A stretch of DNA of 64,000 bases, from NCBI RefSeq assembly GCF_039654945.1, contig NW_027361672.1, positions 14,074,001 through 14,138,000 of the forward strand. The letters are read 5' to 3'. The position numbers and the translations under genes were made by a program. Shown here piece by piece: positions 1 through 12,832 of this stretch (position 1 is the first letter of the stretch; each line of letters begins with the position of its first letter). Below the pieces are notes generated by a model. That model saw only the letters and a program-made list of their open reading frames with translations. It did not search any database and was not told the origin of the DNA. Origin of the DNA: Dendrobates tinctorius (taxonomy: Eukaryota).

Positions 1-230
1 CAATGCAACTGAACATATTTTAACCAGGTTCAACACCTTATATGTGGCATAAAGTCAGATGCCCAAATAGTAGGAATTTGTGATTTGGATGTACCTGATG
101 TAATACATTAAAGGGATTTCTCTTGTATACAGTAGGTACGGAAAGTATTCAGACCCCTTTAAATTTTTCACTCTTTGTTTCATTGAAGCCATTTGGTAAA
201 TTCAAAAAAGTTCATTTTTTTTCTCATTAT

Positions 231-3200
231 CCCCTTTACCCCCAAGGGTGGTTTGCATGTTAATGACAAGGCCAATTTTTACCTTTCTGAACACTGTCCC
301 TTTAGGAGTTAATAACTCTGGAACGCTTCCATGGATCTTGGTGATTCTGACAATGTTTTTTGTGACATATTGTACTTCATGATAGCGGTAAAATTTCTTT
401 GACATTACTTGCATTTATTTGTGAAAAAAAAGGAAATTTGGTGAAAATTTTGAAAATTTAGCAATTTTCCAACTTTGAATTTTCATGCCCTTGTATCACA
501 GGAATATGTCACAAAAAATACTTAATAAGTAACATTTCCCACATGTCTACTTTACATCAGCACAATTTTGGAACCAACATTTTTTTTGTTAGGAAGTTAT
601 AAGGGTTAAAAGTTAAACAGCAATTTCTCATTTTTACACCACCATTTTTTTAAGGGATGACATCACATTTGAAGTCACTTTGAGGGGTCTATATGATAGA
701 AAATGCCCAAAATTCACACCATTCTAAAAACTGCGTGCTTCACAGGAATTTTTGGAATGTTTAAAAAAAATATGAACATTTAACTTTTTTTTCACAAAAA
801 ATTTACTTCAGATCCATTTTTTTTAAAATTTTACTAAGGGTAACAGAAGAAATTGGACCCCAAAAGTTGATAAGCAATTTCTCATGAGTACGCTGATACC
901 CCATCTATGCTGGTAAACCACTGTTTGGGTGCATGGCAGAGCTCGGAAGGGAAGGAGCGCCGTTTTACTTTTTCAACGCATAATTGGCTGGAATTAAGAT
1001 CGGACGCCATGTCGCGTTTGGGAGCCCCTGATGTGCCTAAACAGTGGAAACCCCCCATAAGTAATACTATTTTGGAAACTAGACCCCCTAAGGTACTTAT
1101 ATAGATGTGTGGTGAGCACTTTGAATCCCCAAGTGCTTCACAGAAGTTTATAACGTAGAGCCATAAAAATAAAAAATCATTTTTTCCACAAATGATTTTT
1201 TCCCCCCAATTTTTTATATTCCCTAGGGTAACAGGAGAAATTGGACCCCAAAAGTTGTTGTGCAATTTGTCCTGAGTATGCTGATACCCCATATGTGGGG
1301 GTAAATCACTGTTTGGGCGCATGGCAGAACTCGGAAGGGAAGGAGCGCCGGTTTACTTTTTCAATGCAAAATTGGCTGGAATCAAGATCGGATGCCATGT
1401 CACGTTTGGAGAGCCCCTGATGTGCCTAAACAGTGGAAACACCCCACAAGTGACACCATAGTGTGAACTACACCTCTCAATGAATTCATCTAGGGGAGCA
1501 GTGATCATATTGACACCATGGGTATGTCACATAATTTTATACCATTGGGCAGCCATGCAGAGAGACTCGGGAGGAATGGAGCGCTATTTGCCTATTCACA
1601 TGAATGGGTCTGTGCATATGTCAGTGTGTTTCCACAGACCGTGTGTCCGTGGGAAAAACACGCTGACATGTCCATTTTTTAATATCAGCATGGGTCATAA
1701 AACATCCAGCACGTGTGCATACGCATAACACACATGGATGTCATCCATGTGACACGCATCGGTGCTGGGGAAGAAGTGTTACAGTAAGCGCTGTTCCCTG
1801 GCGCAGGGTGATGAACACAGCTCTCATCATTCTGCCATGTTTGTGCCGATCGCTGGCAGATCAGGGGAGAATGATGAGAGCCGTGTTCAGCACCCGGCGC
1901 CGGGGAACAGGGCTTACTGTAAGGTTTCTTCCATGGCGTCCGTCCTTGTAGTACCGATGCAGCACACGCATGCCACACGTGTGCCGCAAGTAATACAGAC
2001 ACTGACATCTCCGGTACTGGAAATGTCAGGACGTGTGAAAGAGGCCTTATACCGGGTTTTTAAGTTTGGCTGCTGTCACACACTAAAAGACGCTTTTTAT
2101 TGCAAAAAATAGTTTTTGCATCACCATATTTTGAGAGCTATAATTTTTCCAAATTTTGGCCCACAGAGTCATGTTGGTCTTGTTTTTTGTGGGACGAGTT
2201 GACGTTTTTATTAATACCATTTTCAGGCACATATCAATTTTTGGTCGCTTTTTATTCTGATTTTTGGGAGGCAGAATGAACAAAAAACAAAAATTCATGA
2301 ATATCTTTTTGGGGGCTGATTATACTGTTCTGTGTGTGGTAAAATTGATAAGGCAGTTTTATTCTTCAGGTCAGTATGATTACAGCAATACCTCATTTAT
2401 ATCTTTTTTATCTTTTGGCGCTTTTATACAATAAAAAATATTTTATATAAAAAATTATTATTTTTGCATCGCTTCATTCTGAGAACTATAACTTTTTTAT
2501 TTTCCGGTGATGGAGCAGTATGGGGGATTGTTTTTTGTGGGACAAGATGATGTTTTCAGCGGTACCATGTTATTTATATCCGTCTTTTTGATCACGTGTT
2601 ATTCCACTTTTTCTTCGGCGGTATGATGATAAAGCATTGTTTTTTGCCTTTTTTATGGTGTTCACTAAAGGGGTTAACTAGTGGGACAGTTTTATAGGTC
2701 GGATCATTACGGATGTGGCGATACCAAAATATATGTACTTTCATTGTTTAGATTTTTTTTCATTCAAATATTTATTTAGTGATAGAATAAATATTGTTTT
2801 ATTATTATTTTTTAATATTGATTTTATTATTTTTAAAAAAATATTTTTACAATTATTGAAAATTTTTATTTCTTTATTCTAACTTTTACACTTTGTCCCA
2901 CTATGGGACAATCATTTATTGCAGGCTGATCGCTTCTATAGCATGCAGATGAAGCATCTGCATGCTATAGAAGCTGTCAGCGCTGCACTCAGTGCACACT
3001 AACCTGAGAGACTTTGTCATACACTGCGCATGACAGGAAGTTTCTTAGCTCTGATAACCTGGATGTTATCATGACAACATCGGGTTACCACGGTGGCGAT
3101 CAGGACCCCGTGTCACGCCGCAGGGTCTCCGATCCATAGGCAGTGGCACTGTCAGCCCTCTGCCTGCTCCCGAAATGCTGCGACCGTGTTCAATCGCAGC

Positions 3201-3407
3201 ATTTCAGGAGTTAAAGTGCCGGGAGCAGTCTGTGACCACTCCTGGCACTTAGTGCCGGGTGTCAGCTGTGAGAATCAGCTGACACCCGGCTGCGATTGGC
3301 CGCACACCTTCTGTGTGCGCAGCCGATTGCTATGATGAACTATACCATCCATGGTCAAATTGTGCAGGTCACATGGATGGTACAGTACGTCACATGGCAG
3401 AAACGGG
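231..3407 (+). mobile_element. Non-autonomous piggyBac-like (TTAA) element with ~388-bp internal repeats
   Basis: CCC...GGG termini at the TTAA of the Tc1 TIR (ttat left, ttaa 3408-3411 right); internal direct repeat at 886 and 1274; related copies at ~11460-12490 and 16651-21706. Confidence 0.8.
1592..2046. mobile_element. Harbinger-like palindromic MITE, one end truncated
   Basis: Internal palindrome; terminus gtgtgaaagaggcc followed by tta; similar to 12501-12831. Confidence 0.6.
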
Positions 3408-3569
3408 TTAATGTACACTCTCTGCACCCCATCTTGACTGAAAAAACAAATGTAGAAATTGATACAAATTTATTAAAAAAGAAAAAATGAAATATCACAT
3501 GGTCATAAGTATTCAAACCTTTTGCTCAGTAGTAAGTAGAAGCACCCTTTTTGAGCTAGTACAGCCATG

Positions 3570-4570
3570 AGTCTTCTAGGGAATGATGCAACAAGTTTTT
3601 CACACCTGGATTTGAGGATCCTCTGTCATTCTTCCTTGCAGATCCTCTCCAGTTCTGTCAGATTGGATGGTGAATGTTGGTGGACAGCCATTTTCAGGTC
3701 TCTCCAGAGATTCCCAATTGGGTTTAGGTCAGGGCTCTGGCTGGGCCAGTCAAGAACGGTCACAGAGTTGTTTAGAAGCCACTCCTTTGTTATTTTAGCT
3801 GTGTGCTTAGGGTCATTGTCTTGTAGGAAGATGAACCTTCGGCCAAGTCTGAGGTCCATAGCACTCTGGAAGAGGTTTTCATCCAGGATATCTCTCTGTA
3901 CTTGGCTACATTCATGTTTCCTTCAATTGCAACCAGTCACCCTGTTCCTGCAGCTCAAAAACACCCACAGAGCATGATGCTGCCACCACCATGTTTCACT
4001 GTTGGGACTGTATTGGGCAGGTGCCTGGTTTTCTCCACACATACCACTTAGAATTATCACCAAAGTTTTTTCTTCATCTCCTCAGAACAGAGAATTGTAT
4101 TTCTCATAGACTGGGAGTCCTTCATATGTTTTTTTTTTTTTTTTTTAGCAAACTCTATGCAGACTTTCATATGTCTTGCACTGAAGAGAGGCTTCCGTCG
4201 GGCACTCTGCCATAAAGGCCCGACTGGTGGAGGGCTACAGTGATAGTTGACTTTGTGGAACTTTCTCCCATCTTCCTACTGCATCTGTGGAGCTCAGCCA
4301 CAGTGATCATGAGGTTCTTCTTTACCTCTCTCTCACCAAGGCTCTTCTCCCACAATTGCTCAGTTTGGCTGGATGGCTAGGTCTAAGAAGCCTTCTGGTG
4401 GTCCCAAACTTGTTCCATTTAAGGATTATGGAGGCCACTGTGCTCTTAGGAACCTTGAGTACTGCAGAAATTCTTTTGTAACCTAGGCCAGATCTGTGCC
4501 TTGCCACAATTCTGTCTCTGAGCTCCTTGGTCAGTTCCTTTGACCTCATAATTCTCATTTGGTCTGACAT
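3570..4570 (-). pseudogene. Tc1 transposase, frameshifted
   Basis: Fragments MRSKELTKELRDRIV...KSTVASIILKW (paired-like HTH) and FLQDNDPKH...[15 protein letters not shown] (DDE domain motifs). Confidence 0.9.
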
Positions 4571-5005
4571 GCACTAGGAGCTGTTAGGTCTTATATAGAC
4601 AGGTGTGTACCTTTCCAAATCAAGTCCTATCAGTTTAATTAAACACAGCTGGACTCCAATGAAGGAGTAGAACCATCTCAAGGAGGATCACAGGGAACTG
4701 GAAAGCATGTGACTTAAATATGAGTATCTGAGCAAAGGGTCTGAATACTTATGACCATGTGATATTTCAGTTTTTCTTTTTTAATAAATTTGCGAAAATG
4801 TCTACATTTATGCTTTTTTTCAGTTAAGATGACTTGCAGAGTGTACATTAATGAGAAAAAAATGAACTTTTTTGAATTTATCAAATGGCTGCAATGAAAC
4901 AGAGTGAAAAATTTAAAGGGGTCTGAATACTTTCCGTACCCACTGTACATTCGAACCCTCCACAAAACAGGATTTGAAGGTATGTGCTGACAGGGCCATA
5001 AACTA

Positions 5006-6570
5006 CACTGCTCAAAAAACATAAAGGGAACACTTAAACAACAGAATGTAACTCCAAGTAAATCAAACTTCTGTTAAATGAAACTGTCCACTTAGGAAGC
5101 AACACTGATTGACAATCAATTTCACATGCTGTTGTGCAAATGGAATAGACAACAGATGGAAATTATTGGCAATTATCAAGACACCCTCAAAAAAGGAATG
5201 GTTCTGCAGGTGGGGACCACAGACCACAGCTCAGTACCAATACTTTCTGGCTGATGTTTTGGTCACTTTTGAATGTTGGTTATGCTTTCACACTTGTGGT
5301 AGCATGAGACCGACTCTACAACCCACACAAGTGGCTCAGGTAGTGCAGCTCATCCAGGATGGCACATCAATGCGAGCTGTGGTTTGCTGTGTCTGTCAGC
5401 GTAGTGTCCAGAAGCTGGAGGCGCTACCAGGAAACAGGCCAGTACACCAGGAGACGTGGAGGGGGCCATAGGAGGGCAACAACCCAGCAACGGGACCGCT
5501 ACCTCTGCCTTTGTGCAAGGAGGAACTGGAAGAGCACTGCCAGAGCTCTGAAAAATGACCTCCAGCGGGCCACACATGTGCATGTGTCTGCAAACGGTTA
5601 GAAACCGACTCCATGAGGATGGTCTGAGTGCCCGACGTCCACAGATGGGGGTTGTGCTCACAGCCCAACACTGTGCAGGACGTTTGGCATTTGCCACAGA
5701 ACACCAGGATTGGCAAATTCGACACTGGCGCCCGCTTCACAGATGAAAGCAGGTACACACTGAGCACATGTGACAAACGTGACAGAGTCTGGAGACACCA
5801 TGGAGAGCAATCTGCTGCCTGCAACATCCTTCAGCATCACCGGTTTGGCATTGGGTCAGCAATTGCGTTGGGTGGCATTTCTTTGGAGGGCTGCCCAGCC
5901 CTCCATGTGCTCACCAGAGGTAGCTTGACTGCCATTAGGTACCGAGATAAAATCCTCACACCCCTTGTGAGAACATATGCTGAGCGATTGGCCCTGGGTT
6001 CCTCCTAATGCAGGACAATGTCATACCTCATGTGGCTCGAGTGTGTCAGCAGTTCCTGCAAGTTGAAGGCATTGAAGCTATGGACTGGCCCGCCCATTTC
6101 CCAGACCTGAATCCGATTGAGCACATCTGGGACATCATGTCCTGCTCCATCCACCAACGTCAAGATGCACCACAGACTGTCCAGGATTTGGTGAATGCTT
6201 TAGTCCAGGTCTGGTAGGAGATCCCTCATGACAACATCTGCTGACTCATCAGGATCATGCCCAGGCATTGTAGGGAGGTCATACAGGCATTTGGAGGCCA
6301 CACACACTACTGAGCATATTTTCCTTGTCATGAGGCATTTCCACTGAAGTTGGATCAGCCTGTAATTTGATTTTCCACTTTGATTTTGAGCATCATTCCA
6401 AATCCAGACCTCCATGGGATATTCATTTTGATTTACATTGATAATTGTTATGTTTTATTGTTCTGAACACATTCCACTATGCAATGAATAAAAATTTGCA
6501 ACTGGAATATTTCATTTAGAGATATCTAGGATGTGGTATTTTAGTGTTGCCTTTATTTTTTTGAGCAGTG
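5006..6570 (+). mobile_element. Tc1 transposon (second family), full length, degenerate transposase ~5303-6330
   Basis: TIRs cactgctcaaaaaa...agggaacact / agtgttgccttt...ttttgagcagtg, TA TSDs; peptides [41 protein letters not shown]; inserted in a MITE that continues at 6571-6860. Confidence 0.92.
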
Positions 6571-7635
6571 TATAATGGTGCCGACAAAACGAAGGTGCAC
6601 TCTGACGTGCAGCAATTTTGGGTGTATATGCCTACTGGAGTCTAATACTCAGACACAGTATACTATGTGTGAGTTTCCGCCTCCCGTAAGCGTACAATCC
6701 CAAAAATGATGCACGGCGGAGCGCACATTCGCTCTGTCAGCACCATTATAGTCTATGGCCCCTCCCGTGCATACGCTCAAATCCCGTTTTGCAGAGGGTT
6801 TGGACCTAAGCCCCAACGGAGCCACTAACAGGTGCTTGAACACAGTGTGAAATCATCCTAAGTCTCCTCTCTGAATATGGCAAGCATGATATTTAGATCT
6901 CGTAATACAATTCTGCAGTCCAATTAACCTTTATTAATCCATATCTGTCATAATTCTGACCTTGATGTGTGCTGACTACAATGTGAAATGCAATATTCAC
7001 AACAAGCACTTCAGGGAGTTGATAATATTATGCTACTACAGTATCTCTGAAAATACAAAAATAATCTCTAGGGTATAATAACAAGGCCAACTAATCATGA
7101 CAGACTGTAGATAGCTGGAAGAATGTAATATTATCATGTAATTTACAGGCACAAAAAACGTAACAATACACACAAGAGACTGCAAGTGGGATATACACAT
7201 TCTCCTCTTACTCTACTTGCAAATGTTCTATTCTGTACTCCACAAAATAAACAGATCCGTTATCTTTATACTGTACTTGTGTTCTACATTACAGAACAAC
7301 ACATCAATCCAATTGTGGTGGATCTCACACTTTGAATTTGGTATGAACAATTTTAGGCAGAAACCATGTTGGAATATGATAAAAAATGTATTTTTAAACC
7401 CTAATAGCACAGTACTTCTAATATATATATAATAGGTATAGCAATAATTCTGATAATTTGTTGGCAGTTGCAGCACTTGTTTTTCTACTTATTGTCAGAA
7501 TCATATTGTTTTGGTCCAAATATTTACTAGACACATACAAATCATTCTCAGATGCCATTGTAAAATTCTAAAAGTGTAGCAAAAATGTTGCAAAAATTTC
7601 CTTTGTGGATTATTCAGGAACTGAAATCATTTCAA

Positions 7636-9572
7636 TGTAACACCTGCACAGGGAACTGTCAGAGCAGCTACCGGCATACTGGAGCTTACAGACACTAAGA
7701 AGAGTTTTGCAGTGGCTGTTAAACAGGGACCTACAGACAATCGTTTTTCCCCTGAGTGGCAGTGGACTACAATTCCCAGGGACCCTTGTTTCAGTCAGAT
7801 GACACGGCCTGTAAAGATAGGAGAGAGTGGATTGAAGGAGGAGGGACTTGGGGAGGGAGCTGATGAGAAAGTGAAAGTAAAGGCTCAGAGAGGAAGGAGC
7901 GTGGCAGCTTGTTATGAGAGACAGAGCGGTGTGGATCTGCATTCCTCTATACTGCAGAGTGTGGCGGCCCCCGCTGAGATACCCGTGCTGCTGGAGAGAG
8001 CAAAGATCCGGAGAGTTCTGCCGGCACTCCCACCGCATAAAGGCCTAAATCCTGCCGCTCCCAGCTGGTGTCCAGAGAATCCTCCGACCGTTTGAGACAC
8101 ACAGTGAGTGCCCTTCTGAGACTTGTGGTTCTACCAGCGCTATTTACAGTGAGTACACTACAACAGTGAGTACATTGTTAGCTATAACAATTAATGACAT
8201 CACACTTTCCCCAGTACCAGAAGTCCGCTGCCTCGGAGTAACCTTTGACTCTGCCCTGTCCTTCAAACTGCACATCCAAGCTCTTTCTACCTCCTGTCGC
8301 CTCCAGCTCAAACATATTTCCAGAATCTGTCCTTTCCTCAACCTTCAATCTAATAAAATGCTTGTGCTTGCCCTCATCATCTCCCGCCTTGACTACTGCA
8401 ACATCCTTTTCTGTGGTCTCCCTGCTAACACCCTCACACTTCTCCAGTCCATCCTTAACTCTGCCGCCCGACTAATTCATCTCTCTCCTCGCTACTCCTC
8501 CGCTTCTCCCCTCTGCAAATCTCTTCACTGGCTCCCATTCCCTCAGCGTATCCAGTTCAAATTACTAATACTGACCTACATGGCCATCTATAACCTGTCT
8601 CTCCCATATGTCTCTGAACTAATCTCCCGATACCTTCCCTCACGTAATCTCCGGTTCTCCCAAGACCTCCTTCTCTCCTCCACACTTATTCGCTCCTCAC
8701 CCAACCGCCTCCAAGACTTCTCCCGAATAGCCCCTATTCTCTGGAATTCTTTGCCCCAACAAGTTCAACTATCAACCACATTTGGATCCTTCAGACGGAA
8801 CCTGAAAACCCACCTCTTCAAGAAAGCCTACAGCCTGCAATGACCCTGCTACCTCCTTCTCTCTCACCACTACCGGTGATATCACCTCAACCAACACCGG
8901 AACTGCTGCAACCCACCAACCTACTCACTCCTTCCCCACCATCCTGTAGCATGTAAGCCCGAAAGGGCAGGGTCCTCTCTCCACTCTGTATCAGTCTGTC
9001 ATTGTTAGTTTGTTTACGGTAAGTGTGATCTGTAATTTGTATGTAACCCCTTCTCATGTACAGCACCATGGAATCAATGGTGCTATATAAATAAATAATA
9101 ATAATAACCCAGACTATTGATAGTAATATTCATCTAAGTGCACCCACGGTTCTACTTTGCGCACCAACATCCGCGGCGACTGGGCCCCAACGTTTGGACT
9201 GAGTGAATACAAAAGAGGGGGAACCTGCTACGCTATATTTGCAGGGTCGGAGTAAAAGTAGACTGTGATGTGTATATGACTTTTATAGAGCACCGTTAAT
9301 TGTATTGTATGTTATTCTTTTAAACCCACCTCAATTCTGCTACATAGCAATAAATCTGTTAAACGGTTTTACTCCTGTTCCCTGAGTGTGTGTACTGAGC
9401 TGTGGCAGGGGTTTCCCGAATCAGCCCCTGGCAGTAGATAACTGTCCTTCTACAGACCCAGAGAGAGAGAGCTCCAATCAAGATTCGGGTGGAGGCATAG
9501 CACCCTACTTTAGAGAGGTGAGAACCACCATAACACCCAGTGTACCGTGGTAGCCCTTAAAGGGGTGTTACA
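7636..9572 (+). mobile_element. Solo LTR (Gypsy-like) interrupted by an L2 fragment
   Basis: tgtaacacc...ggtgttaca termini; 4-bp TSD tcaa at 7632-7635 and 9573-9576; aataaa near 9349. Confidence 0.8.
8184..9107 (+). mobile_element. L2 LINE 3' fragment (ORF2 C-terminus, 3'UTR, (AAT)n tail)
   Basis: ORF 8166-8843 with LGVTFDSALSF, SRLDYCN, LHWLP, LKTHLF motifs; tail aataaataataataataa. Confidence 0.92.
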
Positions 9573-10102
9573 TCAATATTTAGTTAAATTAGTTGATGTT
9601 TACCTGTCCTGACTTTGGCATTGGACTTTCCTAACTTCCCCTATGCAGTCTTCCTTTGTGCTAATCCATGCCAAATTATTATTCTAACCAGCAATCTCCT
9701 CTTATGTCACCCAAGGTCCTTTATGCTCAGGCAACTGTTTGCTGCCCGAATAATGAAGCATTACTGCATTCTGCTTCCAGAAGGTAAGCCATACTTCCCA
9801 CTTTGTTCTGCTCCAAGCCAGCTGATTTTCTCTTCATCTGCTCCAGACTGTTCCTGCAGCCATATGCTATTACAAACTCACTGTTCCATTCCTTGTGCTG
9901 TTCACACCTTCAACTCTGCTGAAACAAGGTACCCAATTTCCAGTCCATGTCAGCTATCCTGGTACAGTTTGCATCCTCAACTCTGCTGTGTCAATTTACC
10001 TTATAATAAGTTCATTTCAGCAATCCTGTTGCTGTTCATACTCACAACTCTACTGTTTCTATGTGTGACTGCACTACTGCCACAAAGTTCCTGATTGCCT
10101 AC

Positions 10103-10411
10103 TAGTGATGAGCGAGTGTACTCGTTACTCGAGATTTCCTGAGCATACTCAGGTGATCTCCAAGTATTTGGATGTGCTCGGAGATTTAGTTTCTGTCGTC
10201 GTAGCTGCATGATTTGCGGCTGCTAGACAGCCTGAATACATGTGGAGATTGTCTGTTAGGAAATCCCCACATGTATTCAAGCTGTCTAGCAGCCGCAAAT
10301 CATGCAGCTACGGCGACAGAAACAAAATCTCCGAGCACATCCAAATACTTGGAGATCACCTCAGCAAGCTCAGAAATCTCGAGTAATGAGTATACTCGCT
10401 CGTCATCACTA
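10103..10411. mobile_element. hAT-type palindromic MITE
   Basis: tagtgatg...catcacta termini; perfect 8-bp TSD ttgcctac. Confidence 0.85.
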
Positions 10412-10759
10412 TTGCCTACACATCTTTGGGTTCCTGTGCTGTCCTCTCATTAGACTGCCACTTTCTAATGCTTCCAGCCCTGTTTGTCCATCTAACATCC
10501 ATCATACCCAGTTTTACTGGTCTTTGCTGTTTGACTTTTCCAGTTCATTACATGATCACCTCTGGATCAGTGCTGCTCAACCTGACCTATGACTTAAAGA
10601 GAATCCACTTCACCAGGTCAGCTCATAACAAGCATGATAAGATTTTACACATACATTAACTTGTCTTCTGATCCCCCAAAAATGAGACCTTATCTATTTA
10701 TGTAAAAAAAAAACTTTTAAAAGAACTCTACACAGATATTGCATGAAGAAAACATTTAA

Positions 10760-11326
10760 AGGAAACCTGTCACCAGGTTTGGCCGACAGGAGTTACGGCC
10801 ACCGCCTTCCAAGGCTGATATACAGCATTCTATAATGCTGTAGATAAGCCCCCGATCTGACCTGAAAGAGAAGAAAAATAAGTTTTATTATACTCACCCG
10901 GGGGGGCGGTCCAGTCCGATATGTGTTGCAGGTCATGGTCCAGCGCCTCTCATCTTCTTGCAATGCCGCCTTCCTGCTTGTTTCATAGGTCGTCAGCCTC
11001 GCACTCCTGTAAAGACATACTTACCCGCCCTGTTGAGGGCAGAGGAAAGTACTGCAGTGTGCAGGCCCTGAGAAAGTTCAGAGAGGCCCAGCACCTGCGC
11101 ACTGCAGTACTTTCCTCTGCCCTCAACAGGGCAGGTAAATATGCCTACGCAGGAGCGCGATGCTGGTGAGCCATGATGCAAGCAGGAGGGCGGCTTTGCA
11201 AGAAGATGAGAAGCGCCGGACCAGGACCTGCGACATCCATTGGACTGGACAGCTCCCCGGGTGAGTATAACAAAACTTATTTTTCTTCTCTTGCAGGTTG
11301 GATCGGTGGCTTATCTACAGCATTAT
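10760..11326. mobile_element. Kolobok/T2-like MITE, right end truncated
   Basis: ttaa then aggaaacctgtcacc terminus; long internal palindrome; same type as 43396-43760. Confidence 0.7.
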
Positions 11327-11459
11327 TCCCCCCTGTGAGCTCCGCTGATCGCGTGTGACATACTATTCTGTCCATGGAACTTAAGTCCCAGGTCACATGG
11401 ACGGAATAGTACGTCCAATGTAAGGAAGGGATTAAATCCCTCAATACTGTCCTTTTGTA

Positions 11460-12490
11460 TTTAACACCTTAAGAACCGAGCCACTTTGTATGATAATGAC
11501 TAAGCCTCATTTTTTTAAAATCTAACCAGTGCCAAATTTTACAATTTCGACTAGTGTCAGTTTATGTGGTAATAATTCTGTAACGCATCAACGGATCCTA
11601 TTGATTCTGAGAATGATTTTTTTGTGACACATTGTACTTCATGATTATGGTAACATTTATTTGATATGACTTGAATTTATTTGTGAAAATGTTGGAAATT
11701 TGGTGAACATTTTGAAAATTTCACAATTTTCAAACTTTTAATTTTGTGCTCTTAAATAAGAGATATATGCCACACAAACAAGTTAATAAATAACATTTTC
11801 CAAATATCTACTTTACATCAGTACAGTTTTTTAAAAAAATTTTTTTGATAAAAAGTTAGAAGGATTAAAAGTGGATCAGCGATTTTTCATTATTCCAACA
11901 AAATTTATAAAACCATTTTTTAAGCACCGCATTACACTTCAATTGACTTTGGGGGGGCGTATATGACAAATACTTAAAAGTGACACCATTCTAAAAACTG
12001 CACCCCTCAAAACCACATTCAAAAAATGTATTAACCCATCAGGTGCTTCACAGAAATTACTGCAATGTGGAAGGAATTTTACACAATATTATGCAGTGAA
12101 GAAAAAAATACAGAAAAAAATACATTCTTACCACAAAAATTTAGTTTTAGCCCCAAATTTTACATTTTCACAATGGGAAATGGGATAAAATTTCACCTAA
12201 ATATGTCACACAATTTCTGATGAATGTGAAATACCCCATATGTGGCTGTACTCTACTTCTTAGCCATACGGCGAGACTCAGAAAGAAAGGCGCAGCATTT
12301 GCCTCCTGGTGTGCAGATGTTCCTAGAATAGTTTGCAGACTCCATATACAGAGCCCCTAAGTGCTAGAAGTGCAGAATACCCCCTTCAAGTGGAAATTAT
12401 ACCCCTGTCTAACATGTGGACACTAAATGTGGTTTAGGTATACTGTGGTGCTCCGAAGGGAGGAGTGCCTTTCCTAACAATGATAGTGAA
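11460..12490 (+). mobile_element. Diverged fragment of the piggyBac-like non-autonomous family
   Basis: Colinear similarity to 231-1500 from a ttaa end. Confidence 0.6.
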
Positions 12491-12500
12491 CACGCTATAA

Positions 12501-12831
12501 GGGCGGTTTCACACGTCCAGATAATTCCGGTACCGGAAAAACCAGTACCGGAGCTATCCATGTGTCCGTGTGCCGCATCAGGACCACACGGCCGTCCGTG
12601 AGCACGGAGAACTGTGTGAACAGTTCTCTGTGTGCAGCACGTGTTGCGGGCCGTGTGTCCGTATTAAAACGGACATGTCTCCGTGTTTTGCACACGGACA
12701 CACGGCCCGTGAAAAACCGCTGACATCTGCATAGACCCATTCATTTGAATGGGTCTACATGTGTCAGTGTCTCCGGTACATGAGAAAACTGTCACTACAT
12801 GTACCAGAGACACTGACGTGTGAAACTGGCC
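12501..12831. mobile_element. Harbinger-like MITE
   Basis: TIRs gggcggtttcacacgtc / gacgtgtgaaactggcc; TAA target, with the right TAA displaced to ~16127 by the BEL insertion. Confidence 0.75.
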
Positions 12832-12832
12832 T

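Larger units (their letters stand above)
130..4945 (-). mobile_element. Tc1-family DNA transposon, degenerate, interrupted by a 3.2-kb TTAA element
   Basis: Long TIRs (cagtaggtacggaaagtattcagacccc / ggggtctgaatactttccgtacccactg) with TA at 128-129 and 4946-4947; the left TIR resumes at 3412 after the nested insertion. Confidence 0.92.

Noticed and set aside
9615-10094. 159-aa ORF
   Set aside because: Non-ATG start, pyrimidine-rich low-information sequence, no motif
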